DNA of 64,000 nucleotides from Oopsacas minuta (GCA_024704765.1 JAKMXF010000188.1:491015-555014), one strand, 5' to 3'. Positions 12,539 to 25,149 are shown, numbered from the stretch's first letter. The notes: generated from the sequence alone by a model not told the origin. Program-made: numbers and translations.

Positions 12539-13186
12539 ATGTTCTGCAGTAGTAATGGAGCGCAAAATAGTAGCGGTAAGAAGAAAGGAGAAAAATGGGA
12601 GTCACGTGTGTTGATATCTCTTGTGGGAGGTTGTGGAGTAGGGAAATCACACTTGATACACTCCTACATAAACAAGAACAGATTCCGGCGTAGGTACATA
12701 CACACTGTTGGTGTGGATTTCAAATCAAAGATAATGATGCTGGATGGAAATGCTATACAACTGAAAGTATTCGACTTTAGTGGTACATGTATTTCTGATC
12801 CGAATTTTTGCTATCAATTCATAAGATATGGAAACATACCAGCTGGTTTAATATTAGCCTATGACATCACTAACCACACAAGCTTCTTAGATGTAACTAG
12901 TTGGTATGTGCAGCTAAAGAGTCGCGCTAGAACAACCATACCTGCAATGCTTGTAGGGATGAAAGCTGATCAAGATTCACGTCAAGTAGACGAAGAACTA
13001 GTCAAATCATTCTCAGAGCAGGAAGACATTTTGTGTAGTACAGAAGTAAGTGCATTCGATAAAGTGGGGTGTGAGTTCGTGTTCGCGACTATAACCTCTC
13101 TAATCACTCGCAAGTATCCTAACCTGAAAGATAAAGTGAAGAGTGTTTCTACTACTAATGAGATAGCATCGGATAAGCTGAATTAA
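12539..13186 (+). CDS. Divergent Rab-like small GTPase, 215 aa
   Basis: GGCGVGKS P-loop; TVGVDF (RabF1-like); LAYDIT (RabF5-like); G4 as MKAD; G5 EVSA; switch II FDFSGT instead of WDTAGQ; no C-terminal Cys motif. Confidence 0.8.
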   Translation: MFCSSNGAQNSSGKKKGEKWESRVLISLVGGCGVGKSHLIHSYINKNRFRRRYIHTVGVDFKSKIMMLDGNAIQLKVFDFSGTCISDPNFCYQFIRYGNIPAGLILAYDITNHTSFLDVTSWYVQLKSRARTTIPAMLVGMKADQDSRQVDEELVKSFSEQEDILCSTEVSAFDKVGCEFVFATITSLITRKYPNLKDKVKSVSTTNEIASDKLN

Positions 13187-13279
13187 CCTATAAAACGGAA
13201 TTTTGAGAGATATCTATTAAATTCTAATACATTGACATGAAAATTGGTATACATATACATTTCGGGTCAGTTAACATGT

Positions 13280-14670
13280 GATTACGAGATATTAAAAAAT
13301 ACTCAGCGAGGAGTTCAGCCCGTACCCAGCGGGGTAGATTAGGTACGCTGGAAATTATTGTTATTTACAATGTGAATTTTACTTTTGTCTCTTTACCAAT
13401 AATTAATAACGTAATGGGTGTGTTTTGTATTATTGTTAAAATCTTCTATAATTGCTATGCCTACAATTATCTTTTCATTAGCGTCACTGGCCAGTTACTC
13501 TCAGTAGCAAAACCACAACTATGTCACAAAGAATATTCACTTGAATAACAAAATTACAAGAATTTCAATTTACAATCACAAAAAGAACAAAGCCTTCTCT
13601 ATTTCACGGACGTTTTGATACCCGAATTTACGGAACGGCCAAGTTCTGCTTGAAGAATGTCTACACCGGCGGTTGTCACCAAAATTTTGGCCTCCCTGGC
13701 TTTGGTCCAGGCCAGATCTACCAACTTTCACGCCTTGTTTAGACGCCAGGTCGGCCTCAATCCCGAGAGGACAAATTTTCCAATGACGACCCCATATATC
13801 TGGCATAAGATGGTAATATTAATGATAATCAACACAACGGACCTTTTGACCTTAGTTCAGCTCGTAATCAGCATGTACTCAATCTACGCGCTGAAATTTG
13901 TGTCATTTAAGGAGTGAATTTGAGCAACATTAATTCCTTATGAAGTAATTGTGCTTGTGTAACTGGGATGGGAGAACAAGCTAGTCTAATGATAATTATG
14001 GTAACAGATGATAATAACAATTATACTAATATACAGATTTTAGATTAAATAGTTGGGCAAGAAACCAATGTCAAATTCACTCCTTAAATGACACAAATTT
14101 CAGCGCGTAGATTGAGTACATGCTGATTACGAGCTGAACTAAGGTCAAAAGGTCCGTTGTGTTGATTATCATTAATATTACCATCTTATGCCAGATATAT
14201 GGGGTCGTCATTGGAAAATTTGTCCTCTCGGGATTGAGGCCGACCTGGCGTCTAAACAAGGCGTGAAAGTTGGTAGATCTGGCCTGGACCAAAGCCAGGG
14301 AGGCCAAAATTTTGGTGACAACCGCCGGTGTAGACATTCTTCAAGCAGAACTTGGCCGTTCCGTAAATTCGGGTATCAAAACGTCCGTGAAATAGAGAAG
14401 GCTTTGTTCTTTTTGTGATTGTAAATTGAAATTCTTGTAATTTTGTTATTCAAGTGAATATTCTTTGTGACATAGTTGTGGTTTTGCTACTGAGAGTAAC
14501 TGGCTAGTGACGCTAGTGAAAAGATAATTTGAAGGTTTAACAATAATGCAAAATACACACATTACCGTAAATAATTGTTGGTAAAGAAACAAAAGTCAAA
14601 TTCACATTGCAAATAACGGTAATTTCCAGCGGGCCCTGGCCGCTGAGTACTTTAAAATATTTGGTAATTA
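13280..14670. repeat. Long inverted repeat (arms ~13280-13923 and 14071-~14670, 147 bp spacer) formed by two copies of a ~650 bp interspersed repeat
   Basis: Mirror-image identical ORFs (13576-13806/14188-14418; 13657-13917/14077-14337); inner arms match base for base where I compared them; outer ~200 bp diverge with indels. Confidence 0.92.
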
Positions 14671-15124
14671 GAAAATTATACATACCTATATATTTTTCCA
14701 CTGCTCTGATTACACATTAGAGATTAGAGTGGCATTGCAAGGTCGGAAATTCAAGGGGGCAGTATTATGATTGTTTTCGCCAATCAATCCAAGAAAATAA
14801 TAAATACAAATCTATACTAATAAAACGCAATTAATCTGCATGTATATTAGCGCGCTTCGCTTGCTAGGTCGCTGTGCGACAGCTTAGTGTTTCAGATTGG
14901 ATTAAGTATTAAACATAAATTTCTTAGTGCTTTTGGTCACTACGCGACGGGATAAACTCAGCACTTTGTGCCTCCCAGGTGGGGGCGCAGCATTTGTTAT
15001 AATTTGGAAATTGTCATTTGTTAGAATCATGCAAACCTTCACTTGTTAGAATCATTTATTGAGGTAACCTTGCAGTTTGTCATAGTCGTATAAAATTCAA
15101 GATCAGGTTGCTTTATATATTTGT

Positions 15125-15278
15125 AAGGTGATAGAATATTAGAGGTAAATCAACTATTATTTCACATCTAAATACATAATAACATACTACACACCATATT
15201 CATAAACATCCCTCACCTGTCTCAAGGTGTTAATATGTGGCATCGTGCCAATAGAACAATGTGTCTTGATAACACCTG
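15125..15278 (+). repeat. 154 bp repeat, direct copy of 27645-27798 (probably MULE-associated)
   Basis: AAGGTGATAGAATATTAGAGG...GTCTTGATAACACCTG at both sites with a few substitutions. Confidence 0.85.
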
Positions 15279-16064
15279 TTAATGAATATTTCAAAATTAC
15301 TAATTTGAAGACGAATAATTATTTACACAAAGAGTGTGTATTCACTGTCACTACCATGTGACACCTCGTGCCGCATATACCGGACACTTCTAGCACCTTG
15401 GACTGCTCCAATAAGTGTGACAAAGGTGTTAGAATATCTATTTTTAGATTAATGGATTATGCTTGGAGAACTCAACTCAAGAAGAAAACTATGAAATTAT
15501 TTAATCTTGCAATTGGAAGTATAGAATTGAAACTAAAGAAAGGACAGTTGTCCACCCTTCTCTGACCCCCATTTCACTTTTTATATGTTTTATGTATTTG
15601 TTGTTTGTTGTTTGTCGTTTACTTCACACTTCTCAATCATATTCAGGTCTGGAATAATTATTTATTGATTTGTATATTTCGTATTTCTATAATTAGAACA
15701 TTATTTACATCAACAAACACGTACTTTAATTATTTGTGTATTTACTTATTCAATTCATTTGTTTGTTTGTTTAATTCAGACAATTTTAGGCGCCATTTAT
15801 GGTGTCAATAAAGTTCTACCCTCATTTTGTAATAAATATGAATATATTAGCAGTTGTATAATGAAACAATTATGTAATTGTGTCGCTAATTGTGCCTATT
15901 ATTAAGCCACATTATGAAACACATTACTTCACATAGAAAGTAATACTTACACTGAAAGTAATACTTAATTCTAATACAAATTCTAAAGAAGAGATAATTT
16001 ATAAAAGAACTGAAAACAACAATTATAATAAATAAATATTAACTGAAGACAAAGAATATTTGAA

Positions 16065-18116
16065 ATGGCAACAAACATGAGCCAGGTAACACCTTCAAAA
16101 GCTGAGAAGATGTTGAAGAAGTACAAGGATAGATTACAGGAAATTCTGTCCATTGACTTACAAGACATTACAGTTAACGAAATTTCCGAATTGTCTAGAG
16201 GGTTCCAGTTGGAAATGGAAACTCTAAATAGCACGAAGGCCTCCATACTGTCCACAGAAACACGTGCATCCTTGAAGGAACGATATACCGGAATAATACA
16301 AGAGTACAGGAATATTCTTAGGATACCAAATATCCTCAATGAAATGGAAAGAATTATAGCACCATATAACGTAATCATTGGTAGAATTCTTATCGAGTTA
16401 CCAGCTCTCTACAAAGATTATGAATCTGTAATCTCCAGTAAAATACTTCCTGTCTCTCTTAAAGATTCATTACAGGAGCGATACGACAAGCATTTACATA
16501 AAATATCTTTACTAATCATCGATGACTACCTCCCTATTGAAATCAAAGACAGCCTCTACTACATAGAGAGGACTCTAGCAGAACCTTCCCTATATTCCCT
16601 AAACGGTATCATCATGTGGAAGGAGACAGCTGAGAAAAAGATTGATATAATTCAGAATCGGATAGTTCCTAAACTCCCAAAACCGATCGAGAGTGTGATA
16701 GTAAAGAGATACGAATCTCTGAGACTGAGACTGAAGGCAGAGATCTTAAAGATGAGGACTTATCCTATTCCAGAACCTTGGTGTTCACATTGTATGAGGA
16801 AGAGAATGACACACTTGATTGATGGAGAATTCATTTTCTATGTAGATCCTAAAATTGAGGAAGACATGAAACCAGTAAATCCATCCAAGAGAGACCTGCT
16901 TCCCGGGGGTATCACACGTCAGGAGTATGACATGAGGCTAAACAGACTCAATATGGAGTATGCGATAGCTAGAGATGAGTTGGAAACCAGGAATGCAGAT
17001 AGGATAGAAGAGAATTGCAAATGGATGGAGAATTGTTATGCAGAGGTTGAGGAGGATGTGACTTTCACATTCAATGAACTATCTTTCCTGTACAGAGACG
17101 CTAGGTCTCTAGAATATCTCGTCAGGAAGAATAAGGAGGATAAGGATTTGAAGGATATATATGATTTAATACAAAGAGTAATCCGTCACTATTACGACAA
17201 CAGAATAGACATTCCTTCATTTGCTATCGACACTGATAACGATCCCGTGGGTGTAGCTCCACCCAAAGAAGAGAGGAACATCCCTGTAGCATCTGGTGTT
17301 GATAGAGGTGGAGTTATAGCTCTCCAATTAGATACACCAACCTGTATAATTGTGGTTGTGAATAACGTAATAGTAGCGGATAGATACGGTGATACAGTCA
17401 CACTCTACAGAGTTAGTGATCTTGCAGCTAAGTATTGGAGTCATTCTTCTCATTTGCCTGATACTCCTGTCTCATTGACATACTTCAAACAGTCCTTATT
17501 CGTGTGCTATACAAGTTTATTAGTACAATTCAGCTTAACATGGGAAGATAGTTTATATATATCTAGCATGAATTATGAACACACCATCTCAATACCACAG
17601 GCTTGTTGTACCTCCTCTAACAGTACGCATTTGTATGTGGGGACTCTTAAGCCCAGTCTCATCCGTATGCAGGTAGATCTTCTCTGTATAGAACAAGAAT
17701 ACCCACTCAATCCTATCCTGCATACCAAGATACCCAACAGGTATCCATGGCTACAGGACATGAAGGTTGTTGAGGATTGTGTTATATGTCTCTTCACAGG
17801 ATCTCCCTCTCGTCTACAAAGGTTCTCTCTAGAAGGAGAACTCATAGAGTCTATACTCACAGAGGATCAGATTGTAGGAGCATACAACTTCAACCTGTTC
17901 TATAATCCTATCACAGATGAATTGAGAATATACATATGCGATTTCTGGGATAATTCCATCAAAATGTTTGACCAGTCTGGAGAATTCATAGAAACAGTTT
18001 GTGAGACAGGACATGGATTGTGTCAAATATTCCGTCCCTCCTGCATATTTATAGAACCATCTGGCTATGTTGCAGTTGGTGACATGAAGGAGGACAACTG
18101 TCTACAGCTGTTCTAA
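16065..18116 (+). CDS. Uncharacterised 683 aa protein: helical/coiled-coil N-terminus, CxxC motif, C-terminal beta-propeller-like (NHL-like) region
   Basis: Single ORF; C-terminal beta-strand repeats such as IYICDFWDNSIKMFDQSGEFI and IFRPSCIFIEPSGYVAVGD; the fold assignment is inference. Confidence 0.75.
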   Translation: MATNMSQVTPSKAEKMLKKYKDRLQEILSIDLQDITVNEISELSRGFQLEMETLNSTKASILSTETRASLKERYTGIIQEYRNILRIPNILNEMERIIAPYNVIIGRILIELPALYKDYESVISSKILPVSLKDSLQERYDKHLHKISLLIIDDYLPIEIKDSLYYIERTLAEPSLYSLNGIIMWKETAEKKIDIIQNRIVPKLPKPIESVIVKRYESLRLRLKAEILKMRTYPIPEPWCSHCMRKRMTHLIDGEFIFYVDPKIEEDMKPVNPSKRDLLPGGITRQEYDMRLNRLNMEYAIARDELETRNADRIEENCKWMENCYAEVEEDVTFTFNELSFLYRDARSLEYLVRKNKEDKDLKDIYDLIQRVIRHYYDNRIDIPSFAIDTDNDPVGVAPPKEERNIPVASGVDRGGVIALQLDTPTCIIVVVNNVIVADRYGDTVTLYRVSDLAAKYWSHSSHLPDTPVSLTYFKQSLFVCYTSLLVQFSLTWEDSLYISSMNYEHTISIPQACCTSSNSTHLYVGTLKPSLIRMQVDLLCIEQEYPLNPILHTKIPNRYPWLQDMKVVEDCVICLFTGSPSRLQRFSLEGELIESILTEDQIVGAYNFNLFYNPITDELRIYICDFWDNSIKMFDQSGEFIETVCETGHGLCQIFRPSCIFIEPSGYVAVGDMKEDNCLQLF

Positions 18117-18131
18117 TTTCCTGTCCCATTG

Positions 18132-18164
<33 letters not shown>

Positions 18165-21100
18165 TGTTGTTTATTTCTCAATTATAGTGATGAGGTATTC
18201 AGGGTACTATTTGATACCATGGGATCAATCTATTCGATACCTTTCTTCCTCTAATCTGGCTTTGCTGTTCACACCTTTAGAGATTAAGTCACCAAATTAG
18301 GTATGTATACTCGTAGTGACATCTAGTTGTGCCCGGCACGTAGCTACAGGGGGGCAGTCGTCTCCCCAAAAGTTTTTCTCGGCCCACCCAGATAAATTTA
18401 GAAGTTTTCGTTTTTATATACAGTGTAGTTAGCCTATTAGCAATCAGCTTTGGATCCAAACGGGATTATAATGTTAATTTCGTTGCCCTATTAGTAATCA
18501 AATTTCTGCAAAATCCGAGTTGCTAATAAGCAAACTCTACTGTAGTTAATAGTCTATGCACTTCAACTGCATCGTCAAAAAGATTAAATTAATAACTCGC
18601 GTTGCGATGATGGTTTTAATACTAGACAGGAAGTAACGCTCATTGATAGTAATTCGTTCTATTTTGATAGGCACTCAATTTCTACTATAATTTTGATTGA
18701 ATTACCACAGACCGCTAGTAATTGTTGTCAGAAGTTAGACTGTCCATTGAAGTGATTGAAGCATTGGTGATGCTCTTAGTGTTTCAGTTTTCAAAGCTTA
18801 ATTTATACCAAATTCTTGTGACTATCCCTCAGACGTCTTGCAAGGTTGAGCGAATGCTCTCATCTGTTAAGAGCATAGACTCCTTAAATAGAAGGACTAG
18901 TATCTCCTATGCTCGGGGGCCTGGAACTTGGGTCCCATCATATCTTGGGTTGTACACATGCTAAAACCTGCATCTTGGTGTCTAACATGGGGTTTTGAGG
19001 GACAAGGAATTAATTTTTTATACTTTTGACCATCTAAAAGGTCACCTGAAGGTCATTTGAAGGTTAAAACACTCAAAATAGCAGGAATTTATCTAATATT
19101 TTGTATATTCTTCTAATCAAATGCAGGGTAACGAGACAAACACAGTCAAAATAGTATACATTGTAATTATATAAGTCAAAATGACAGTTTAAATGCTAAA
19201 ATTAGCACGAATGAATTAATAAGGTCAGTATACAAAGCAAACAAAAGGCAAAAATTGCATGTATACACGGATATCACTGTGAACAGGGATATTTATGCAA
19301 CTTAGTTTTGAGATGAGAGTTTTTCCTTCCTTCTCAAACAGCCAAGTTGTCTTTCTTTATCACTATTATCAAGCACAAAGGACTTCAAAAGTATGTTTGA
19401 CAAAGTAACACATGCTCCTTGAATAATAGACATTGCACTGTCAATACGAGATAAGGCTTGGCTGAGGTGAGCTCGACAGCAGTGTAAATTGCAATTAACA
19501 AACAGTTTGTAAGCTGAATGAACGAAATGAACAGTTGAGATTAGGGGTACAGTTAGTCCACCCCTGTTTAAATTAGTGAGAAACTCCGAATCAGCTAGAT
19601 TGTCATCATCATCTTCAGCTTCGGCCGTTGAAATATTAGTTCGGAATTTTCGTTCCAAATATCCAACGATAAATATTACTTTATGTTTGATTGTGTCATT
19701 ACTTTGAACAAGATCTTCAGTCTCTAAAATAGTGATATCAAATTGATCTTCTATATGAATGCTACAAGTGCAAGGTACGTCACTATGAGGCTATGGGGTC
19801 GAATCGTATTTCAAAAGTGCGCGAAGATTCTTGGTTTCTGCAGCTGCCTTGATGTCAACGACGTCTATATAGAAATTTCCTGCACTGCATTGTCTGGCTT
19901 GGCCAAAAAACTTCTCTAGAGCTTCATCCGCGAACACTCCAGGCAATACATAACTGAAGTTGTGGTGTGTCAACAATAACTCTGCTGCTTGGACATTTGC
20001 TCTTGTAGACAGTACAAATGCATATGCAGTCTGCTTTGTGAGTTTCTGTGTCCGACCTTGTCCACCTGGCCATGCACAAGACGATATGACATCACAAGTT
20101 TCATCGAGTTTTTTGAAACTTGTGCAATTCTTGGTCCACGATTGACGACACTCATCACGCGTATTTATACCAGAAAATCTGTCTTTAACATTCATCAAAT
20201 AGAACCAGTCAGTGATGAGTTTAACAAAAACAATGGTCCCTTCACTAATACTGAGCATATATTTTAAAGTTGAAAGAGTAGCAACAGTTTTGTCATTGAA
20301 TATCTGACAAACAAAAGGCACACTTTGTCTTTGCAAAGGCTTGGGATACACAGCTGTGTATGTAATCTTGGTCAAACGGATGCAGTTCTTCCTGTCTTCA
20401 ATGTAAAGTGCTTCTATGTCTTTCCAACGTGCTATGTGTGATTTACCATCTTTTGTGAATGCGAGTTCCTTATGAGGCACAGTTATCCAGTGCTTCCTAA
20501 TGCTTTTGAATAAATGGACATAGTCATAAACGAGAAAAGTGTGAGAGTTTAAGATGTCTATAAACACTCTACCAGCTCCACCTGATTTAGCATAGACTGA
20601 GACATTTGTATTGCAATTATCACATATACAAGAAATTGTAGTGCCACCAGCATTGCTAACTGCTGCGAGAGCTTCGAGTAATATAGCCTTGAGTTGATCT
20701 GAATTCAGTTTCGCGACAGGATGAATACGTAGGATATATTTAGGGCCGCCAAAATGGCATACAACCTCGATCACTAAAGCATGTGTTACGAGAACTTCAG
20801 CGTCACCAGATCTATTTTGAGCATAACCAACAACATGACCACCAGAGTACCTAAGAGTTTCTGTTAGCTTCACCTCATCAAATAAAATGTCTACAAGACG
20901 CTGCTGGGGTTGAAGCTCTTGAAGAAGTTGCCTCTAGTTTTCATCATGTAGACTATTAGAAAGAAGTTCTTCAACAGTTCTACTCGAGTAATGGAATAGC
21001 ACCGGTGTAACAGCCTAGATTAGCCTCCCCACCCAGTTTAACCCCGGGTATAGTCTGGGCTAGCCTAGATTAACCCCCAGGTATAAACTGGACTAGGCCA

Positions 21101-21361
21101 GATTAAGCCCCGGGGTTAATATAGGCTAGCCCAGAGTATACCCTTTAGCCCAGATTAACCACAGGTATAGTCTGGGCTAGCCCAGATTCTACCCCTGAGT
21201 TAATAGTCAACAAATTATGATGTTATCTGCTTGTAGAATACAAGTGATGTGTGTGGCGGTGACACTTACAATGTCTATATTAGTGTTTCAACTATTATAA
21301 ATATACTAGAAGAGCATATGTACTTATTTGATCTATCAATTATATTTACTGCATTGTTTTG

Positions 21362-23525
21362 ATGGATGATCAACTCTACAATCAAATATTGCATTTTTTT
21401 ATATCCAACGAAAACAAATATCCAGGAGAGATCTATAAACTTCCAGCTGAAAAACGAGTCAATGCGAAATCACAATTCAGACAAACTGTTAAGCCATATA
21501 CTTTGAAGGATGGGGTTCTGATGCATGCTGAAAAGCAAGTGTTACGAAAAAGTGGAGTGGACGCAGTACTTAAAATGTGTCATGATAACCCTGTAACCGG
21601 TGGTCATTTTGGTCGTGACAAAACCTACCAAAAGATCGCATCAAGATTCTACTGGAAAGGTAAATATTTACTAATACTTAATTTAACATTCAATTCGGGA
21701 GCAAACTTTCGCACTCAATGGGTAACTCAATGCCACTGTTGGCATATTAAAGCTTAAGTAAATTCCTTAATTAGGCGATGAAACTTACCTACAATCAATT
21801 GTTAGACCGTTGTTAATACATTTGGGTTTATTTTTTCAATAGATGTTGTCAAATTCCCAAGATTTGGAATTGTAAACAAATTTCACAAAGTTTCATGATT
21901 CCCAAATGTATTCTTTAGGTATGAAGCAAGAAATTGAAATATATTGTAGACAATGCATCAAGTGTTTTGAAGTCAACCCAAAACTTAAGATGGACCGTCC
22001 TCCACTGTCTTCGATACGCGTACCATCTCAAGTATGGAGTCTTGTAGGAATTGATCTCATCGGGCCCTTACAGGAGTCTACAAGTGGCAACAAATATATT
22101 GTAGCTATTTCAGACCACTTTTCCAAGTGGTCAGAAGCTAGTGCCATTCCTGACAAAACTTCTAAATCTGTAGCTGATTTTCTATACCTAGTAGTTTGCA
22201 GATTGGGATGTATGGACACACTTATAAGTGATCAGGGAAGAGAGTTTGTGAACGAAGTTATTGATTATCTCCTTGACATTCTGCAGACTGAGCATCGAAT
22301 TTCTTCTGCTTATCATCCTGAAACAAATGGACAACGGGAGAGAGATAACCGTACCCTGAAATCTGCATTGGTGAAATTGGTAAATGAAAGAGGTGATGAT
22401 TGGGATATGTATATCCCAGGAATACTATTTGCTTATCACACAAGCATTCATGCTTCTACGAAATGTACTCCATTTCAAGCGATGTATTGTCGTAGTGCGA
22501 AGCTACCAATTGATTTATCCATTAAACCTCCAAAATCAATTGAGCAGGCGAATCCAAAAGTTTTACAGGCGTTTGGCATGATGCGTGAAGCTATCAACGC
22601 CAAAATTGATCTTAATATCACAAACGCGCAGAAACACCAAAAACGCAACTTTGATAACCGTCATTCTAATAGTAAAGTGTTATCACCTGGCGCAACTGTG
22701 TACATAAAAAACAGCAAGCAAATACATCGAATGGGATCGAAAATGGAACCACGCTGGATAGGTCCTTACAAAATCATTGAGTTGCTAGATAAAGGACGTG
22801 CAATCCTAGAGAATATTAACACAGGTAAGAAACTAAAAAATATATATAATATTGCAAATTTTAAGGTTTATGATACAAATAACAAAGATGAAGATGCTAA
22901 ATCAATGAAAAAGAAAACAATTTCAATATCACATTCCAAGATTAAGAAACTAGAGTGTAAGGATGAGCTAGTTTTAACTGGAGTTAAACAAGGAGTCAAA
23001 CAATTCAACCCAAACAGACTGTTTTCTCCAATTTCCGCTGATTCTAGAAAAAATGTTGCCAAAGTTCTCAACTTGAACATATGCAAGACCCAATACTTTG
23101 GAAAACCTGGCTTCCTATCTAAACCCGCGCGGATATACAGAACTAAAGGTGATGGTAATTGCTATTTCCGATCAATAAGCTACATCCTAACAGGTTCAGA
23201 AGATAGCCATATTATAATTCGTAATAAAGTCGTCCATCACATGAGTGGTAGTTTGAGTGAAACACTAAGAAAGTATCTTTCTCAAACGGTTGCCAATTAT
23301 GTCAGCGAAAGTGCCATTGACTCCAGTGGTGTTTGGGCAACCGAGGCAGAAATACTGGCCACAGCTAATCTTATTCAACATGATATCGTTGTGTATGCAA
23401 AGAGTGGGGATTCAATGGAATGGCTTACATACCCTGCATCTTTTACATTGACAGAAACAACAGAAACTGCATTGTATCTGGAAAATTTAGCTGAACACTT
23501 CAACGTAGTCATTAATATACAATGA
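21362..23525 (+). CDS. Ginger1 integrase-OTU fusion, predicted 634 aa (exons 21362-21659 and 21919-23525)
   Basis: GT-AG intron 21660-21918 joins HDNPVTGGHFGRDKT...FYWKG to MKQEIEIYCRQCIKC (H2C2 zinc finger); catalytic GIDLIGP, ISDQGREF, NGQRERDN; GPY motif PRWIGPYKI; OTU-type GDGNCYFRSIS, WATEAEI and HFNVV; no stops. Confidence 0.88.
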
Positions 23526-23644
23526 TACTAGAAACATAGACAATATTTTCCTATCTGTTCATTAGTACCATAGATTCATTATTGTATTAGCAGATGATTT
23601 AAAGAACTATTAATCACTATAATCTCATTGGAAATATTTACACA

Positions 23645-23830
23645 GGGTATAAACTAGGCTAGGCTAGTTTATACCCAGGGGGTTAATTTGGGCTAGGCTA
23701 GTTTATACCCAGGGGGTTAATTTGGGCTAGGCTAGTTTATACCCAGGGGGTTAATCTAGGCTAGGCTAGTTTATACCCTGGGGGTTAATCTAGGCTCAGA
23801 AGGTATAATCTGGGCTAGCCCAGTTTAAAC
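23645..23830. repeat. Subterminal ~33 bp tandem repeats of the Ginger element (GGGTTAATYTRGGCTAGGCTAGTTTATACCC); related inverted array at ~21010-21200
   Basis: Direct reading. Confidence 0.85.
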
Positions 23831-25149
23831 CCTGGGGTATATTCTGGCGGGAGGTTAATCTAGGCTGCTACACCGGATTTTCGTAGCATTCTATACGCAG
23901 CTGGTGAAATGTTATGAAGTTCAGCAGCAAGAACATAAAGATTTCTATCAAAACGACGGGCTTTTGGTGCAGTAAGTAACAACCCGAGCTGAGCATACAA
24001 AAATTGATAATGGGGAAGTTCAGAGCAACACATACGACTCAATTCCTCAAGGCACTTTTCACGTAGTCTGTGTCTTTGAATTCGTACTCTGGAATACTCG
24101 TTAAAATGCTATTGAATTGTGACCATTTGCTGATGGGGCTATTCTTCTGTAGGAAACCAGCTTTGGAAAAATACGATTTAGGTATTTCCTTTCCATTTTC
24201 TGAACACATTTAAGGAATAAAAATCCAAATGGTGATTTAACATGTTGTAAATGTAGAAACTGGACAACTGAACGTCCTTGTGCGTCAGTTTTGGACATGT
24301 AAACATCATCACCATCATGAATAATAAGATGATTTTTGGAGAGAGGCTGTTGGATGACTGTACAAAAAGAATCAAAGTCACCAAGTTGATCAAGAGCGTT
24401 ATTTCTAAAGTCTTCATTTCTGGCACGTACTTCTGCCGAAGAACTTGTACTCCTAGGGGTTGAAGAGACTTGCTTTAAACAGGACTTTGGGACACCAGGA
24501 AAAATGGATGGAAGTTGACTAGGTCGTTTATTGCCTTTAACTGTGACCCATTCACAGTCAAAATGATGGTAACAAGCATATATTTGTTTAAGTTGTAACA
24601 GACTGGAGCGTTCATTTGGCATAGCATCAATCCAACGATCTCGCTCATCTTCATCACTTGGAAATTGTACTACTTTTGTGTATGGTTCACACCTGTAATT
24701 TCCACGACATCCAAATACGTTACACTTCTTAGGCATTATAAAATAAATACCAACACCACCTTTAAAATGCAGTTGTAAATTGGATGATTCCCAGCACCAG
24801 AAATGCTAGTAAAGCTATAATACAAACCTGAAAAAAAAACATAATACAGCAGCATGAGCTACGGACAGCGTCAGGTGACGCCAGGTGACGCCAGGAGCGG
24901 TGATAAAGCAAAAGCTTTCCATGACCTGCCATGTTTATTACGCAATGACATCGTTGCGTCATGATACAGTGGGACCCAAGTTCGTAATCCGAGATTGCCA
25001 GATACTAGTCCTTCTATTTAAGGAGTCTATGGTTAAGAGAATAAAAACTCGTTTGCGCTCACAAATGACCACTGTGCGTCTCAACCATATTGCCCAGTTA
25101 TCTATTGAAAAGATATTGCATCTATCAGCTCTCTAAACTACTCTAAGAT

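Larger units (their letters stand above)
21006..23872 (+). mobile_element. Ginger1-type DNA transposon, 2867 bp
   Basis: TGT...ACA termini; TIR TGTAACAGCCTAGATTAGCCTCCC vs TGTAGCAGCCTAGATTAACCTCCC (22/24); 4 bp TSD CCGG (21002-21005, 23873-23876); Gypsy-like integrase without RT, RNase H or LTRs. Confidence 0.9.
18874..25031 (-). mobile_element. P-element (THAP9-like) transposon with disrupted transposase
   Basis: Perfect 32 bp TIR CATAGACTCCTTAAATAGAAGGACTAGTATCT; perfect 8 bp TSD GTTAAGAG (18866-18873, 25032-25039); THAP domain at 24736 (MPKKCNVFGC...CYHHF...PSIFP); catalytic region ILFDEVK, VCDNCNTN-like ICDNCNTN, YDYVHLFKSIR, EKFFGQARQ at ~20930-19791; C-terminus 19658-19302; frameshifts and a stop. 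Confidence 0.95.

Noticed and set aside
13576-14418. 76 aa and 86 aa ORFs (also at 36067-36408) as a small gene family
   Set aside because: They lie wholly inside a non-coding repeat on opposite strands, have no recognisable motifs, and recur only because the repeat does
23645-23830. CRISPR-like array
   Set aside because: Repeats are contiguous with no unique spacers, lie in a eukaryotic transposon subterminus, and no cas genes are present
21006-23872. Gypsy LTR retrotransposon
   Set aside because: The integrase is Gypsy-like, but there is no gag, protease, RT, RNase H or direct LTRs; inverted termini, a 4 bp CCGG TSD, an intron and an OTU domain fit Ginger1
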